This document shows positions 41,520 through 55,540 of a stretch of DNA of 64,000 nucleotides, piece after piece. Below the pieces are notes generated by a model, which did not search any database, had not been told where the DNA came from, and worked only from the letters and a program-made list of their open reading frames with translations. The position numbers were made by a program, and so were the translations under genes. The stretch's first letter is position 1; each line of letters begins with the position of its first letter. This DNA comes from Octopus sinensis (Eukaryota): NCBI RefSeq assembly GCF_006345805.1, contig NC_042999.1, forward strand, positions 76,260,001 to 76,324,000, in the 5' to 3' direction.

Positions 41520-41563
<44 letters not shown>

Positions 41564-42163
41564 GAGGATGGTGAGGGAGATTGATGGGTTTAAGGGAAAT
41601 TGATATAAGAGAGAAAGAGATAGAAAAGAGGACAAAAAGAGAAAGATGACAGCCTTCATATGTGCACGGATGATGTTCAGTCCCATGTCACCCATTGATG
41701 AAGAGTTCTATCATTAAAAGCATTCCTGCAATGACCTCCCAATCTTGTTTTCACGAATAATATATTTTAGAATTGCCGTATTCAGAGTGTCTTCAATATT
41801 TTTCTTTGTATTTATTTTTTCCTTTTTATGTGATTACGATAGGATGTAATTCGAAGAAAATTTTGGTTACTAATTCTACTAATACTAGCTAGTCAGGTGA
41901 CAACATTGACACACCATCGTTGGCTGTGATGAGTTAGGCTGAGTCATACGGTTTACATATTCGGGTAGAGTGACCATTGATATATGCATGGAGGTTTGTT
42001 GTAGTGTGTATAGTTGTATATTTGATCATCGCTACGCGTGCAAATGTATGCAGCTAATCTTATACATGTGTCTGTCAGTGTGTGCAGATGTAGGCAGAAC
42101 TGACAATATGTGTGTGAAAGAGACAGACTTACACGTGTGTATACGTGTGCGTGTCCGTGAGCT

Positions 42164-42209
<46 letters not shown>

Positions 42210-43087
42210 GTATATATAACAAAAGTGAATAATGGTGTATGAAATAACCATTCGAGATGAATTTTTGATCTATTAAAATTATCTTTTGTTCCCTAGAAGG
42301 TAGAATGATCACTTGATTGCTTTTTCTATTTTCCATATGATAACAGAAGATAAGCTCAAGAGTTAGGAATTCTCCAAAATTGACATTTGTTAGTCCGAAT
42401 ACAACAGGAGAGTTGTTTACATATGTTTCTATCCCAAAAGTGTTATCCCCACAGCAACTGCTCTACCTTGTGTCTAACAGAACACCATGACTATATATTA
42501 CAATATATGACGATTTTTTTATTCTAGAGAAGGTAGAAATATCGCTTGGTGGTATGTATAATGCGAAAAATAGAGAGAGTGATAGATGAACATGATTAAG
42601 AGGGAAAAGATTTTAAAAGTGGTGGATGAGTTAAAAGAAAAACAGAAACAAACGGAACGAAAGATAATGCGAAAGAATGAGAAAGAGAGAACGTGATAGA
42701 GACAGGTAGAAGTAATAAGGGTGTAGTGATGACAAGAAACAGGTGTGATAAATGCAGATATGCATGCAAATGATAACGAATACCGTTGAGCAAGTGGAAG
42801 AAGATAGAGACGAGGAAAATTAAGAATGGAAGTGAGAAAAGTTGAATGAATCAAACAACTCAAAAAGAAAGGTCATTAATGACTAAGATCAATTGGAGGT
42901 GGATAAGAAGAAGAGAATCAAGAGAGACAGAGGTGGGGGGGAATTAACAGTCAAATGGTGAGAGAAAAACCGGGAGCCCCAGTTATCAAGAAACAGGGAA
43001 AAGAGAAGGAGAGAATAAAGACCGGAATTTAAAGTACGTAAGATATATAAAATATATATATATATGCGCATAACATGTGTGTGTGAG

Positions 43088-43126
<39 letters not shown>

Positions 43127-43225
43127 ATGTATATATGTGCATGTATATATATATAAGCAAATTAAATGGAGAGATGCAACTGACAATCCAATAATTTATT
43201 TATCTTATGATATAGCATAATATAC

Positions 43226-43264
<39 letters not shown>

Positions 43265-43377
43265 ACGAGCATGTATGTGTAAACAGACGCGCGCACATAT
43301 ATATTTATGTTATAACATACTATACTATGAATATATAATACATTTCCCTTCGAACGAATTCATTTCTTTAGTTTGTT

Positions 43378-43428
<51 letters not shown>

Positions 43429-43560
43429 GTGTATGTATATGTATATAAAACTTGTCTTGTCTATATAACTGTGTATCTGTAATTTCTCTTATGTATGTAT
43501 ATATATACACACACACATATACATACACATACGAACACACAAATACATATATAAAGCAAT

Positions 43561-43595
<35 letters not shown>

Positions 43596-44196
43596 ACGTA
43601 TGTATGTATGTATGTATGTATGTATGTATGTATGTATGTATGTATGTATGTATGTATATATGTATGTATGTATGTATTCGTTTGTTTTATATAAGGCTTA
43701 TGTACATATGTATGCGTAGATCAGAAGCCCAGTTTTTCTGTCTCATCAAAGTATGAATCAAATTACAATTAAGGAGATTCACGACTCCAAACGAGTGTAA
43801 CACTTTTAACTGTTTTTGTTTGTGTGTCTTAATCTTAGATTTGTTTAGTATTCCATTTGAAATGCACTTAATTGATTGACTTATTCAAGTTATTTATTTA
43901 TCATTGATGATTTTCCAACGAACACAACGAGGAAGAAAATATGTGTGCCGGCGAGTTCATGTGTGCGTGCATTTAAGTACGTATCAATATCAGTCAACAT
44001 AATTTATATATGTGTGTCGGACATGCAACAATCACAGATTTCAGATATACATTTTCGTTCTTTTCTTTTCTGATGCTTCGGTTACGCTTTGTTTCTGTTT
44101 ATAATACTCAAAAGACTCGAGTACCACACACAGATACATACACACATGCACACCCAGAATTCAATGTAAGTACGTGTGTCTGTGTATGTATATATA

Positions 44197-44253
<57 letters not shown>

Positions 44254-44262
44254 TGTGTTTGA

Positions 44263-44580
44263 GGAGGCGCAATGACCCAGTAGTTAGGGCAGCGGACTCG
44301 CAGTCGTGGGATCGCGGTTTCGATTCAGATTTGGCGTTGCGAGTGTTTATTGAGCGAAAACACCAAAGGCTCTACTCTTTCTTCCTGTTTCGGTTGTACC
44401 TGTATTTCAAAGGGGCCAGCCTTGTCGCACTCTGTATCACGCTGAATCAGCCTTAGAATTACATTCAGGATACACGTGTCTGTGGGGCGCTCAACCACTT
44501 GCACTTTAATTTCGCGAGCAGGTTGTTCCGTTGATCTGACTAATTGGGACACTCGTAGTCGCAACCGACGAAGTATCACG
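44263..44580 (+). mobile_element. tRNA-derived SINE family 3
   Basis: tRNA-like head GGAGGCGCAATGACCCAGTAGTTAGGGCAGCGGACTCGCAGTCGTGGGATCGCGGTTTCGATTC. The body is homologous to the 45480-45856 copy. Confidence 0.85.
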
Positions 44581-44657
44581 TCATATATATATATATATTA
44601 TAATATATATATATTATAATATATATTATATATATATATATATATATTATATATATG

Positions 44658-44720
<63 letters not shown>

Positions 44721-44738
44721 GTATGTATATATATATTA

Positions 44739-44779
<41 letters not shown>

Positions 44780-45479
44780 ATATATATGTATATATATATA
44801 TATGTATATATATATATGTATATATTATATATATATGTATATATATGTATATATATATATATATATAATATACGTATATATACATAGAGAGAGAGATATT
44901 TATACATATATTCATACGCACGTATATATAATGTACGTGCATGTATATATACACAGACACATTCTAACATACATACAGGCATACAATATTACGCGCACAC
45001 GCGCGCGCACATATATATGCATGAATGTACATGTGTGTGTGTGCATGTGAGAAACGTAGCAGATATTCCTTTTTCTGCCGGTTATCTCAGCCGTTACACC
45101 AATCGAAAGATAATTGTGTAGTTTATTGATAAGCATATCTGTATCTGTCTTTTGGGAAATGTTAGGTCGCTTTAAACGCTACTGAGGCGCCTTTCAAGAT
45201 TAATTTAGAATAACATGAGATTCTGTAAATGATCGCTTGACCTGCTAAAAATAACAAGGAAGTTGCCCTCAAACTACAACCTGCTGTCTTTAATCGCAAT
45301 GATATACGTTATTCATGGAAAGAAAGAAAAGCTGAATGAGTATTGTTCGATCATAGGTGTACACACTTGGGGTTCAACCTTAGTCTACAACCTGGCATGA
45401 TCATGGGAATTGTTATGTGACAAATTGCTTGCTTACCCCTCCATCTACTCGCTCACTACTGCTTCTTCACACGTATATA

Positions 45480-45856
45480 TCGTGGCACTCCGTCGGTTAC
45501 GGCGACGAGGGTTCCAGTTAATCCGATCACGGAACGGCCTGCTCGCGAAATTAACGTGCAAGTGGCTGAGTACTCCACAGACACGTGTACCCTTAACGTA
45601 GTTCTCGGGGAGATTCAGCGTGACACAGAGTGTGACGAGGCTGGCCCTTTAAAATACAGGTACAAGAGAAACAGGAAGAAAAAGTGAAAGACGTGGTGAA
45701 AGAGTACAGCAGGGTTCGCCACCACCCCTTGCCGGAGCCTCGTGAAGCTTTAGGTGTTTTCCCTCAATATATACTCACAACACCCGGTCTGGGAATCAAA
45801 ACTGCGATCCTACGAACGCGAGTTCGCTTCCCTAACCACTGGGCCATTGCGCCTCC
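45480..45856 (-). mobile_element. tRNA-derived SINE family 3 (more complete copy)
   Basis: The reverse complement begins GGAGGCGCAATGGCCCAGTGGTTAGGGAAGCG...GATTCCCAGACCGGG and shares the body with 44263-44580. Confidence 0.87.
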
Positions 45857-46009
45857 ACATGTATATATGTGTGTGTGTATGGAGAGAGAGATATAGTTTT
45901 GAAGTGATATACATATATATATATATATTCTTTCATTCTTTTACTGGATTCAGCCAGAGGCTGGGGTCATGCTGGAGCAAACGAGTATGCGCTCACACAT
46001 ATACCTTGA

Positions 46010-46010
46010 C

Positions 46011-46081
<71 letters not shown>

Positions 46082-46097
46082 CAGACAGGCAGGCAAG

Positions 46098-46152
<55 letters not shown>

Positions 46153-46170
46153 ATAGACAGACAGATAGAT
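46010..46170. repeat. (AGAT)n(AGGC)n compound microsatellite
   Basis: Direct inspection. Confidence 0.95.
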
Positions 46171-46859
46171 AAGGATGGAGGAAGGTGAGAATGTAGGCAG
46201 GCAGGGATTTTTGGAAATATATAGATTGGTTGGTCGAAGCAGGGATGACTGGAAAGATAAGCAGATGAATAGAAAATTAGCGGGAAAGGCAAATATCCGA
46301 CGAGTTACATCTGGTGTTACGGTATAATAATTTCTATTTACGCAGCTTCTTCGACCGACTGAATCTTCTTAATATTATTACAAACAGCACGGAGTAACAG
46401 ATTGTTCATAGAAAACCTTTTTCTCAATTTTAAATTAGACCTCCTATCTACCCCGGGTGATAGAATCAAAACAGACTGAAATCTACTAAGAATGGGAAAG
46501 CGCATACTCAGACAAGACGTAGCATGTGCTACGATTTGGTGTTTTGATTATAATTATATTTTATTTGATCTATGGAGCTATGGTGTTGAAATAAAATGTA
46601 TATAAAATCTAGCACATTCAAAGATTTAGCAGATACACTGGAGCAATAAAATATAAAAGTTAACGGATGCAACCGTTTTCATCTCCTTTTATTATACATA
46701 TTTAGTTTTCAATTTGAGTGGATGTGTCGGAGATGACCGAAGCAATAGTGTTTCTGATAACCAGCTAAAGAGATAGCATTTATTTTTATTCTGTTAGACA
46801 TGCTTCACAAATAATTGTTAATAACAAATCTGCTACAGCAGTGTAGATTACGTCGTCGT

Positions 46860-48152
46860 GCGCCGAACCAGCTCTATAGAGCTGACAATCGTATCATTAG
46901 CTTGGATGGAGTCGTTTAAACCTAGATGCAACCAACTATAATCAAACGTGTTCTTTGTGTGATCATACTACTTTCCAGCAATACATCATTTATATAATTC
47001 GGTAGCTTCTTTTTTATTTGGAAATTCTGGAACACAAAGGGATGCATATGCCCTAGACCGGTGAGATTATTACCATCAGTGTCCCTCTTGAATCTCACCG
47101 GCAGAAAAGAGACGAACAGGAAGGGAATTTCAGAGCGCTGATATTCTGATGGAGAATAAAGCATATTCATTAGTGCAGTGTTAGAGGTTTTGACATGACA
47201 AGGATAATGATGGAAGGAAAAGATGAGTGGCACTGGAGTGTTTGAGTGAGTGAAGGTGACATGAGCCCATGCAATTTCGATGAGAAAAGGTCATCACATG
47301 AGTAAAAAAGGCAGAGAGAAGAGACAGCTCACCTGTGGACCAGAGACTGGAGCGTTTCACATGACGTTATGCTTATAAATAAGGTAGCCTTCCTTTGAGG
47401 ATGTGATTTAGGATGTTTGTATGTCAAGTAAAAGAATCCGCTATCATTACAGTTCCGTTCGAGATATAACAATTGTTTGGGACTGAAAGGTAGGACTGAA
47501 GAGAAGGGTCAGTTTTTGGTGTGCGAACCTAATCAAAGATATAATTGCGCTATATGACACGTTCGATGATAGTGAAATCCAATAATTCGAACTATTTCGA
47601 AGATTCTAAGTGTAGCTAATGATTAACAGGTCTGTGGTGCTATCATTCGTTTTCATTCAATGGCGTGTCCGGTTTCATGCATTTGAAAGAGATACGGTTC
47701 GCATATCCCAAATGGAGGCTGATTTTGAAGTTTCTACTCATGGATTCATTGAGTATGTTGAGCGCAGTATTTAGTTTGGAAGTATTAGTTGAGGCGGATG
47801 AAGGATAGTGTCATCTACACGAGCATGCATGTCGTAGGATTTGGCGGTAATTCTTGACATACAAACTGACCATGCACGCAGCAAATTTCATACATATGGA
47901 TAGAGCCGATAGTCAGGAAGTCAAGGGTGAGAATATGACTACCAAATTCCTCCAAGGTGAATAATAGAGGAGACTAGGTCAACAATGGATCAGGGAGTGT
48001 AAAGCGTACTGGTGATAGTGGTTGTATACTCTCAACTCAACGTGACAGTCCCGTAAGGGAATTATACCACTGCCATTTAGCCCTAGGAAACATCGACGTT
48101 TCCTGTCGGCTTTGACACATTTTCTGTGTCCTTATATTTGCAAAGGGGAGGC
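46860..48152 (-). mobile_element. Possible degraded LINE 5' region (APE endonuclease remnant)
   Basis: A GC-richer non-microsatellite block starting after an A-tract on the minus strand. Only weak frameshifted resemblance to an APE N-terminus near 47200-46930. Confidence 0.35.
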
Positions 48153-48250
48153 AATTTTTTTTATTTCATTTTAACTTGCATCTGATGGAACAGAAACTTT
48201 AAATGCGTGGTGCACACACAATAACGATTTAATATTCTCGTGATCCAGGA

Positions 48251-48460
48251 TGGCAAGCTGGTAGAATCGTTACCTCGCCGGACGAAATACTGAATGGTAG
48301 TTCGTCCGTCTTTACGTTCACTGTTCAAATTGTACCGAGGTTGACTTTGCCTTTCGTCCTTTCGAAGCCGATAAAATAAGTACCAGTTGAGCACTGGGTC
48401 GATGTTGTGGACTCATCCATCGCCCGAAATTTCTGGCCTTGTACCGATATTTGAAACCAA
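48251..48460 (+). mobile_element. SINE family 1
   Basis: Head, B-box, core and GAAACCAATA tail. Confidence 0.82.
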
Positions 48461-49437
48461 TATTCTTGTAATCCAGTTGTTGATCAGAAACTGCCAACAT
48501 GCCGTTCTTCAAATAATTATCAGGTATCTTTTTTACATATATTAATAACAGCTAATTTACCAATTACAACATTCGGTAACCTAGTTTAAGGAGGAAGTAT
48601 TCTGCACACAAAAAGTCATCCTGCATTGTAATTTAGCGACATCGCCTGCTGCTCAGGTAACTTATGGGAACGTCTTCTTAGTGAAAAGCCTTCTCGTGCA
48701 ATTATAAGATTCAACATTTGTTCAATTAACAGATTTGTTTGTTCGGAATCATGTCGCATGCATACATACAATAATTCTAGCACCTCAAATCTAAATTTAA
48801 GCTGTTCATATATTAATTTTGCAACGCATAGCTTTCAATGTCTATTTTTTAGATCCTGCAGAGCATTAACCAATATAGAATTTAACCATGAAAAGGAAAG
48901 ATAAAATCGAAAAAGACCAAAAAAATCAGAAACACCAACCGCAGCTCAAGCTCAAAATAGTTTACTGCGTATTAATAATTACAATAGATCTCACGATAGG
49001 CTCTTATGAGTTTCTTATATATGTTATATAACATCACTGCCATAAATTGATGGGGGTTAACGTACAGAAAATGTTTAAAAGCATCACAAGGAACCTTTCA
49101 TCCATTTCCAACAGACAAATAAAGCAGCGACAAAATATAGTTTTTAGTAATATTACTGTACATCTTACTGATATTCTCAAAGAATGAGATGGCAAATAAA
49201 CGATAAATATAATTGTGCAGTTCATATCTTGAAACATAAAAGCAATATCAATATATATTTATATATATATATATATATGTGTGTGTATGTGTGTGTGCGT
49301 GTGTGTGTGGTGTGTGGTGTGTGTGTGTGTGTGTGTGCGTGTGTGTGTGTATAATATATATATATATATGTGTGTGTATGTGTGTGTGCGTGTGTGTGTG
49401 TGTTGTGTGTGTGTGTGTGTGTGTGCGTGTGTGTGTG

Positions 49438-49473
<36 letters not shown>

Positions 49474-50801
49474 TTCTACAATTCTGAGAGTCGACCAAGT
49501 TAGGTATAGTTTTCAGACACGAAAATATAGACATAATTTTCTATATGTGCTATATATAAATGAAAACCTATCGTGAGCTTAACAGCATATGTCTACACAC
49601 ATGTATATATATATATATATATATATATAGTTATCTCTCTCTCCCTCCCTCCCTCCTCTCTCTCTCACACACACACATAAACTCGATCTCTCTCTCTCCC
49701 TTCCCCCCTATTTATACGTGTGTGTCTGTATGAACATATATGCGTTTATATATATATATATATTATACGCACGCACACACACATATGTATGTACGCCAAA
49801 AAATATTAAGGACAATAAGCTAACACGAAAAGGAATGGGTGGACACAATTTTAGCGAAATTCTCCTACTAAATTCTTCCCCATTCTGACATTTGAAGGAG
49901 AAGAGAAGATGCATTACTAATGGAAACAATAAACGTTGGCAGAAGGAGCTTCTATCACAAAGAGATACACGCTGGCACTTTAGTGTTTATATGCAATAAA
50001 ATAGTAGAATCCAATCTCTTGTGAATTTATAATTTCTCCACGACAGTTAAATTCGAAATATTGCAAAAGCCTCTCAATAAAATATAGTAATAATGTATAT
50101 ATTTAGTACCCGCTACCGTCCCTAATATCTGTCTGCTAATATCTTCCAAATATATATATCCTACACATTATAATGTTTGTGCAAACGTGAGTGTGTATAA
50201 CTGTAAGTGTTTATATATAAATATATATATATATCTGTGACGATATGACTAACTCATAAACTCATATGCGTATGTGTGCGATTCTAAGCGATTTTTGTAT
50301 ACGTCTCATATTTGAAGTTGTTATATTTACACCATATATTTGGTATTAAGTGTTATGATGTAATCATATCAATACCGTGAAATACATAAAATATATATAA
50401 GCATATGGTCTTTAAAATGCTTTTCAATGTGTGCGTGTGTGTGTGTATGTGTGTTAGTGAGTGAGTGTGAGTGAGTGAGTGAGTGAGTGTATGCGTTTGT
50501 GAGAGTGTGTGATGATCTCAGTACATACATTCTTATATATTTATGCAAATATTTACATAGAAATGTCTTAACATAGAAGTATATATATATGTAAAGATCT
50601 GTATGCACATATATAGAGAGAGGGAGTTAGAGTAAGAGAGTGAGGAAAGAGACATGTATATAATATGGCAAATAAATGATGTCATAGTTTTTAAGCAAGA
50701 GAAATTCACACACACACACACACCATGCCATTATTAAGTTTGGCATGGTTTGGGCCACTAATGGCTGAAACTAATTCACACACATGCACACACACACACA
50801 T

Positions 50802-50832
<31 letters not shown>

Positions 50833-51131
50833 ATATATATATATATACACACACACGCACTCACAAAGACACACACACACACGCACTCACAAACACACAC
50901 AAAAATACATTTATACGTATACGTAACTACAGAAATATATACTTGCATATAAATATACACATACATACACACTAACTGGCAGTAACACTAATACACACAG
51001 ATGTATGCATAAATATATATTCTGTCGATGTGCATTACTGCAAAACTTTCCTTCATAGGACAATTCGAAAACCAGCCTAGTCAAAATCCAGCTATTTTTC
51101 ACGTTTTAATAACCGGTAACAGCCATAAAAC

Positions 51132-51216
<85 letters not shown>

Positions 51217-51272
51217 ACTCACTCACTCACTCACTCACTCACTCACTCTCTATCTATCTATTATCTATCTCC

Positions 51273-51317
<45 letters not shown>

Positions 51318-51605
51318 TATCTATCTACCTACCTGCCTATCTATCTAACTCTGTGTGTATGTGTGTGTGTGTGTATGTGTGTGTGTTTGCCTATACACAC
51401 GCATAAGCAAACTGATAGATGGATACCAAATATCTGTGCTGAATGTACATCTTCCCCTTTCTTGACATATTTATTCTACTTTAAATGTACCGGTCCTCTC
51501 ACAGCATCATGTGTGTGTGTGTATATACGTGTATGTATGTATGTATGTATGTATGTATGTATGTATGTATGTATGTATGTATGTATGTATGTATGTATGT
51601 GCATG

Positions 51606-51651
<46 letters not shown>

Positions 51652-51774
51652 CGTATGTATGCATATATGTATGCATATATATATGAGTGTGTGTGTAAGT
51701 ATGTAGATATGTGTGTATGGATGTACATATATGTCTGTGTACGTATATATAGGCCTATATGTGTGTGTATATTT

Positions 51775-51809
<35 letters not shown>

Positions 51810-54800
51810 CATAAGTTGTATCACTCATTCATACTTCGAGAGCGATTGAGATCGAACACATTTCCCATATTCTTCGTTCTTTCTTCTACACTTTTCTCCG
51901 CTATATTTCCCAATACTGCTCAGTAATGGACATTATTCTTGTGTTTATGTGCGTTCACTTTTCATGTATGCATGTTTGATTTTGTGCATTTCCCATATTT
52001 ATTCTCTCTACTGCCCTACTATGTATGCTGCAAGAACATAATTTTAAAACATCAAGATGATTTTTCTATATTTATCGGCCATTCTTTTTTTCATTTGAAT
52101 GTTTGTGTGTACAATAAAGTTATTTCTAAGAGTTAAGTGACTTCTGCTCCTTGATTGGCTTTATTGAATTTCACTGTTTCAAATATTCCGACCATATTCC
52201 CGATAACTTACTTTATCCAGCTTTTTTCTATAGACATTCAAGAAATCCATGCAGTATCTCAAATGCATCAGTCTTATCAGTCTTGAAGAGTACGCACAGG
52301 TTATGGGGCAGTGTTCCTTCTCAGATCACTAGCTTATTACCTTATTACTTCCACCTTCACAATGCAACTCTACACAATTAATACCCATTTCTGACTCCAA
52401 ATGCCCATTTCCTTAAAACTGCATTTTCCGTTACAATGAATAAGCGAAAGACAAATTTCCTCCAACAGTACGCTGTAACATCGAAGTTTGCCTTCTCTTC
52501 AAGTCGAACGTAGTTCAGCAACACTACTACTTTAAACTATACTCTATGGAATTTAGAGATGTAAACTCTTTAACAAGGTAAATACTCCTCGCCCGCTTTC
52601 AAATTTGAAGCAGAACTTGTTAGCGAAGTTTCTACAAAAAAATTCGAAAGAAACATTTTTAAGACCAAAACTATATTATAACAAATGCTGTATACAAATG
52701 AATTTCTAGAATAAAAGATTCATTATTCTTCTCGCCACAAATTCTTGAGTCACTGCAATTCGCCTTGAATCTGAAACAGTTTCCTTTACATCAATAAGAG
52801 AATTCCTGACACAAAACACTTTACAAACCATATGTTCATTGAATCTCAAACTTCAAAATATGTCTTAATGAGTTAGTATGTTCATTAAAGCTACACAGTG
52901 AACCGAGGTCGGTTAAATGGACAGAATGCAGAACAATAATTTGAAAGCTTGACGATTTCTGTCTTTTTATAGGTACAAACATTTCTGCATTATCAACATA
53001 GTTCCCCAGTTCCCTTACTAATACGTAGGCATCAATAGATGCTACAGGTTCAATACTGTGAATGGTTTAATATTTTGTGGCTTGTAAAAGTTCTGAGAAA
53101 ATACAACACTTACTTTTACGATGAAAGGTGGCGGGTGTTCAGCTAACAAGCTAAAAACTTTTTCCAGTATCTCACGAAAGCATACACGTAGTCAAATTGG
53201 TCACAACAAGTCGTATTGTGAAGTTACTTCCGCAATGCAATCTATTCCTGTGCTTAGTTGATGCCAAAATTATTTAAGTGCTACAAGGAAGGTAGTATGT
53301 TCTTTTAAGTTGTTAAGGTATTTCACAATCTAAGATTTTGTTATTTAATAGTTTTAGCATCCAAAAACAATGTTCGGAGAGCTTCTGAATATCAAGATTC
53401 AAGCTGACAATACATGTAAATCGATTGTTCTTGGACGCAATCAAGTTCGCCTGGAATTTAGTTTCCATCTAATCAAACGAAATAGTTGGGGCATTTTCAT
53501 ACAGAATGAATCTTTAATCTTATGGCAGATTGAGTGAAAAGAATTTCTACAGTAGACGATGCACTAAGAGTTCCGAAAGTCTGAAAATACATGTTCTACA
53601 TATATGCACAGGTATTTTGTCTGTAACGTAGTTCGAAAACGGAATAAAAGTTTGAAGGTTCAGTGCCGTCTTGCGTAAATTAAATAAATGAATAGATGGT
53701 TCAGGATGTACAAGAGATACCAGAATGAGGATAACTCATCTATCAAAAGTCAATTAACTCTGATACGAAGAATACTTTTATCACAACTGATCCATACACT
53801 ACAAGAAGTGTATGAATAATGACTTCACATATAAAATGACTGTTTTGCTGAATAATGAAAAGACATAAAAATTTCTGGTCATGATATATGATAGAGTTAA
53901 CAGAAACCAATATCGGTATATTACTACTATAGTAAAATGTTAATTTAAATAATGTCTGAATGAGACAAAGTTCATATTGATAAAAATACTCACGAGAAAA
54001 TTAATATAAAATAACTGAAGAAATATTCTACTTAATTTCAAACAATAACTGGTACGAACATTTATTAATTTGTTTTGGTATAATATGTGTGGTGGGGTAA
54101 GTGTAAATGCGTGGGCAAGCGTGGGCGAGCGCGCGCGTACATAGTTCATTAGTGTGTGTTCTTTTCATAATATGTGTGCCAGTATATGTGTGTTTGATTG
54201 GGAGCAGATTTACTGAGCGACAGAGACTTGTGTAGATAATGCAATGCATGTTGGTTGCCAGCGAAAGACCGCAGTTTATATAATGGTCAGCTGCTTGTCT
54301 GAAAGAGCAGTTCAGGTTATGAGGTAGTAGATCTGATTGCTTGAAAATAACTGAGGAAAAGAAGCAATTGTGTAGCAAACCTAACGCTGCGACGAACTGG
54401 AAATTGATATTTGTGAGGTACCTCTTCAGTTAGTGAACCAACTACTGCTCTGTTGATTAGAATTATTTCAGTGGCTTGTTTCAGAAGTCAGTTAACCGCA
54501 CACACAAACACACACATACACACGTGAGCACATTTGCATAACCACATATATACACACAGGCCTGGAAAATTAAAGTACATGTATAGGAATAAATTTTGTC
54601 GTGATTACACGTAAAATGTGAGTAGAAATTCATAATCAAATGTGGCCACGAAAGTTATGTATTATTGTGTAACTACAAAATTGAAAAATTCATATATATG
54701 TTGCAGACATAAGATTATGTCAAATTTGAAACTATAGCGTAGATCAAATGCACTGGGCCATGAAACTGTTTGCTATTTCTATACGTGTAGTCTTTTGCCT

Positions 54801-54827
54801 TTTACCTTTTACCTTTTATTTCCTCCA

Positions 54828-54972
54828 CCTAACTATGACTTAATTTTTCCTCTCACACCGTCTCCGATGAAGGGATATTATTAATTAATATCCTAGAAAC
54901 AGTTGTAAGACCTTCTATCTATAAATGCTCTAATATCTATACAGCCTGGTTTTTTTATCTCATTACGCAAAA
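54828..54972 (+). mobile_element. Hammerhead-containing repeat (family B)
   Basis: Homologous to ~22368-22505 (TAACTAT.ACTTAA...CCTCTCACACC.TCTCC.ATGAAGGGATA...GTAAGACC...CTATAAATG.TCTAATATCTA.ACAGCC.TGGTTTTTT). Ends next to (TA)n. Confidence 0.6.
54860..54911 (+). ncRNA. Minimal type I hammerhead-like motif, U4C core variant (family B)
   Basis: GTCT CCGATGA A GGGATATTA TTAAT TAATATCCT A GAAA C AGTT GTA AGAC: stem I GTCT/AGAC, 9-bp stem II, GUA triplet. Confidence 0.65.
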
Positions 54973-54977
54973 AATTC

Positions 54978-55010
<33 letters not shown>

Positions 55011-55117
55011 ATATAATATCCGTAAAATGAAGGGTGAAATTAATTAATTTGGAATAATTATCAATTACACCAAGTAGTCTTCGGCATGTAAAAGCTCATT
55101 CGAGGAAAATTTAAGTA

Positions 55118-55357
55118 ATACTAAGTAATAAAGGTTTAGCAACGAATTGCCTTACCACATACCGAATTTAGAAATAGCAGTAAAGAGTATAGCTATTTCT
55201 TCTACTAAAAAGGGAGATCTCAGTTAAAAACAGCAATTGGAAGGCTGTTTTTACTGAGATCTCCCTTTTAGTAGAAGAATAGCTATAACTCTTTGATGCT
55301 ATTTCTAAATTCGGTATGTGGTAAGGCAATTCGTTGCTAAACCCTTTATTGCTAGTA
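55118..55357. repeat. Long inverted repeat (hairpin) with ~115 bp arms and a 9-nt loop
   Basis: Left arm ...AAAGGTTTAGCAACGAATTGCCTTACCACATACCGAATTTAGAAATAGCA...GGGAGATCTCAGTTAAAAACAGC, loop AATTGGAAG (55235-55243), then the reverse complement with a few small differences. Confidence 0.95.
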
Positions 55358-55391
55358 TATATAATATTATATATAATATATATATATATAT

Positions 55392-55540
55392 AGTTTCCGT
55401 CTACCAAATCCAATCACAAAGCTTTCGTCGGACCGAGGCTTTAGCAGAAGACACTTGCCAAAGGAGCCACGCAGTGGGACTGAACCCCAAACCATGTGGT
55501 TGGGAAGCAATCTTCTTACCACACAGTCATGCTTGCGCCT
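55392..55540 (-). mobile_element. SINE family 2, 5' half
   Basis: Matches 11920-12067. Confidence 0.82.

Noticed and set aside
44263-44335. tRNA-like sequences at SINE heads
   Set aside because: They do not form a complete cloverleaf and continue into SINE bodies, so they are not tRNA genes.
51028-51348. Plus-strand ORF containing NPA (SQNPAIF)
   Set aside because: It lacks MIP context (no SGxHxNPAVT or NPAR), is on the wrong strand, and runs into (CT)n.
52150-52700. Faint RTE-like LINE remnant on the minus strand
   Set aside because: Too degraded to support by eye; only scattered residues resemble the motif.
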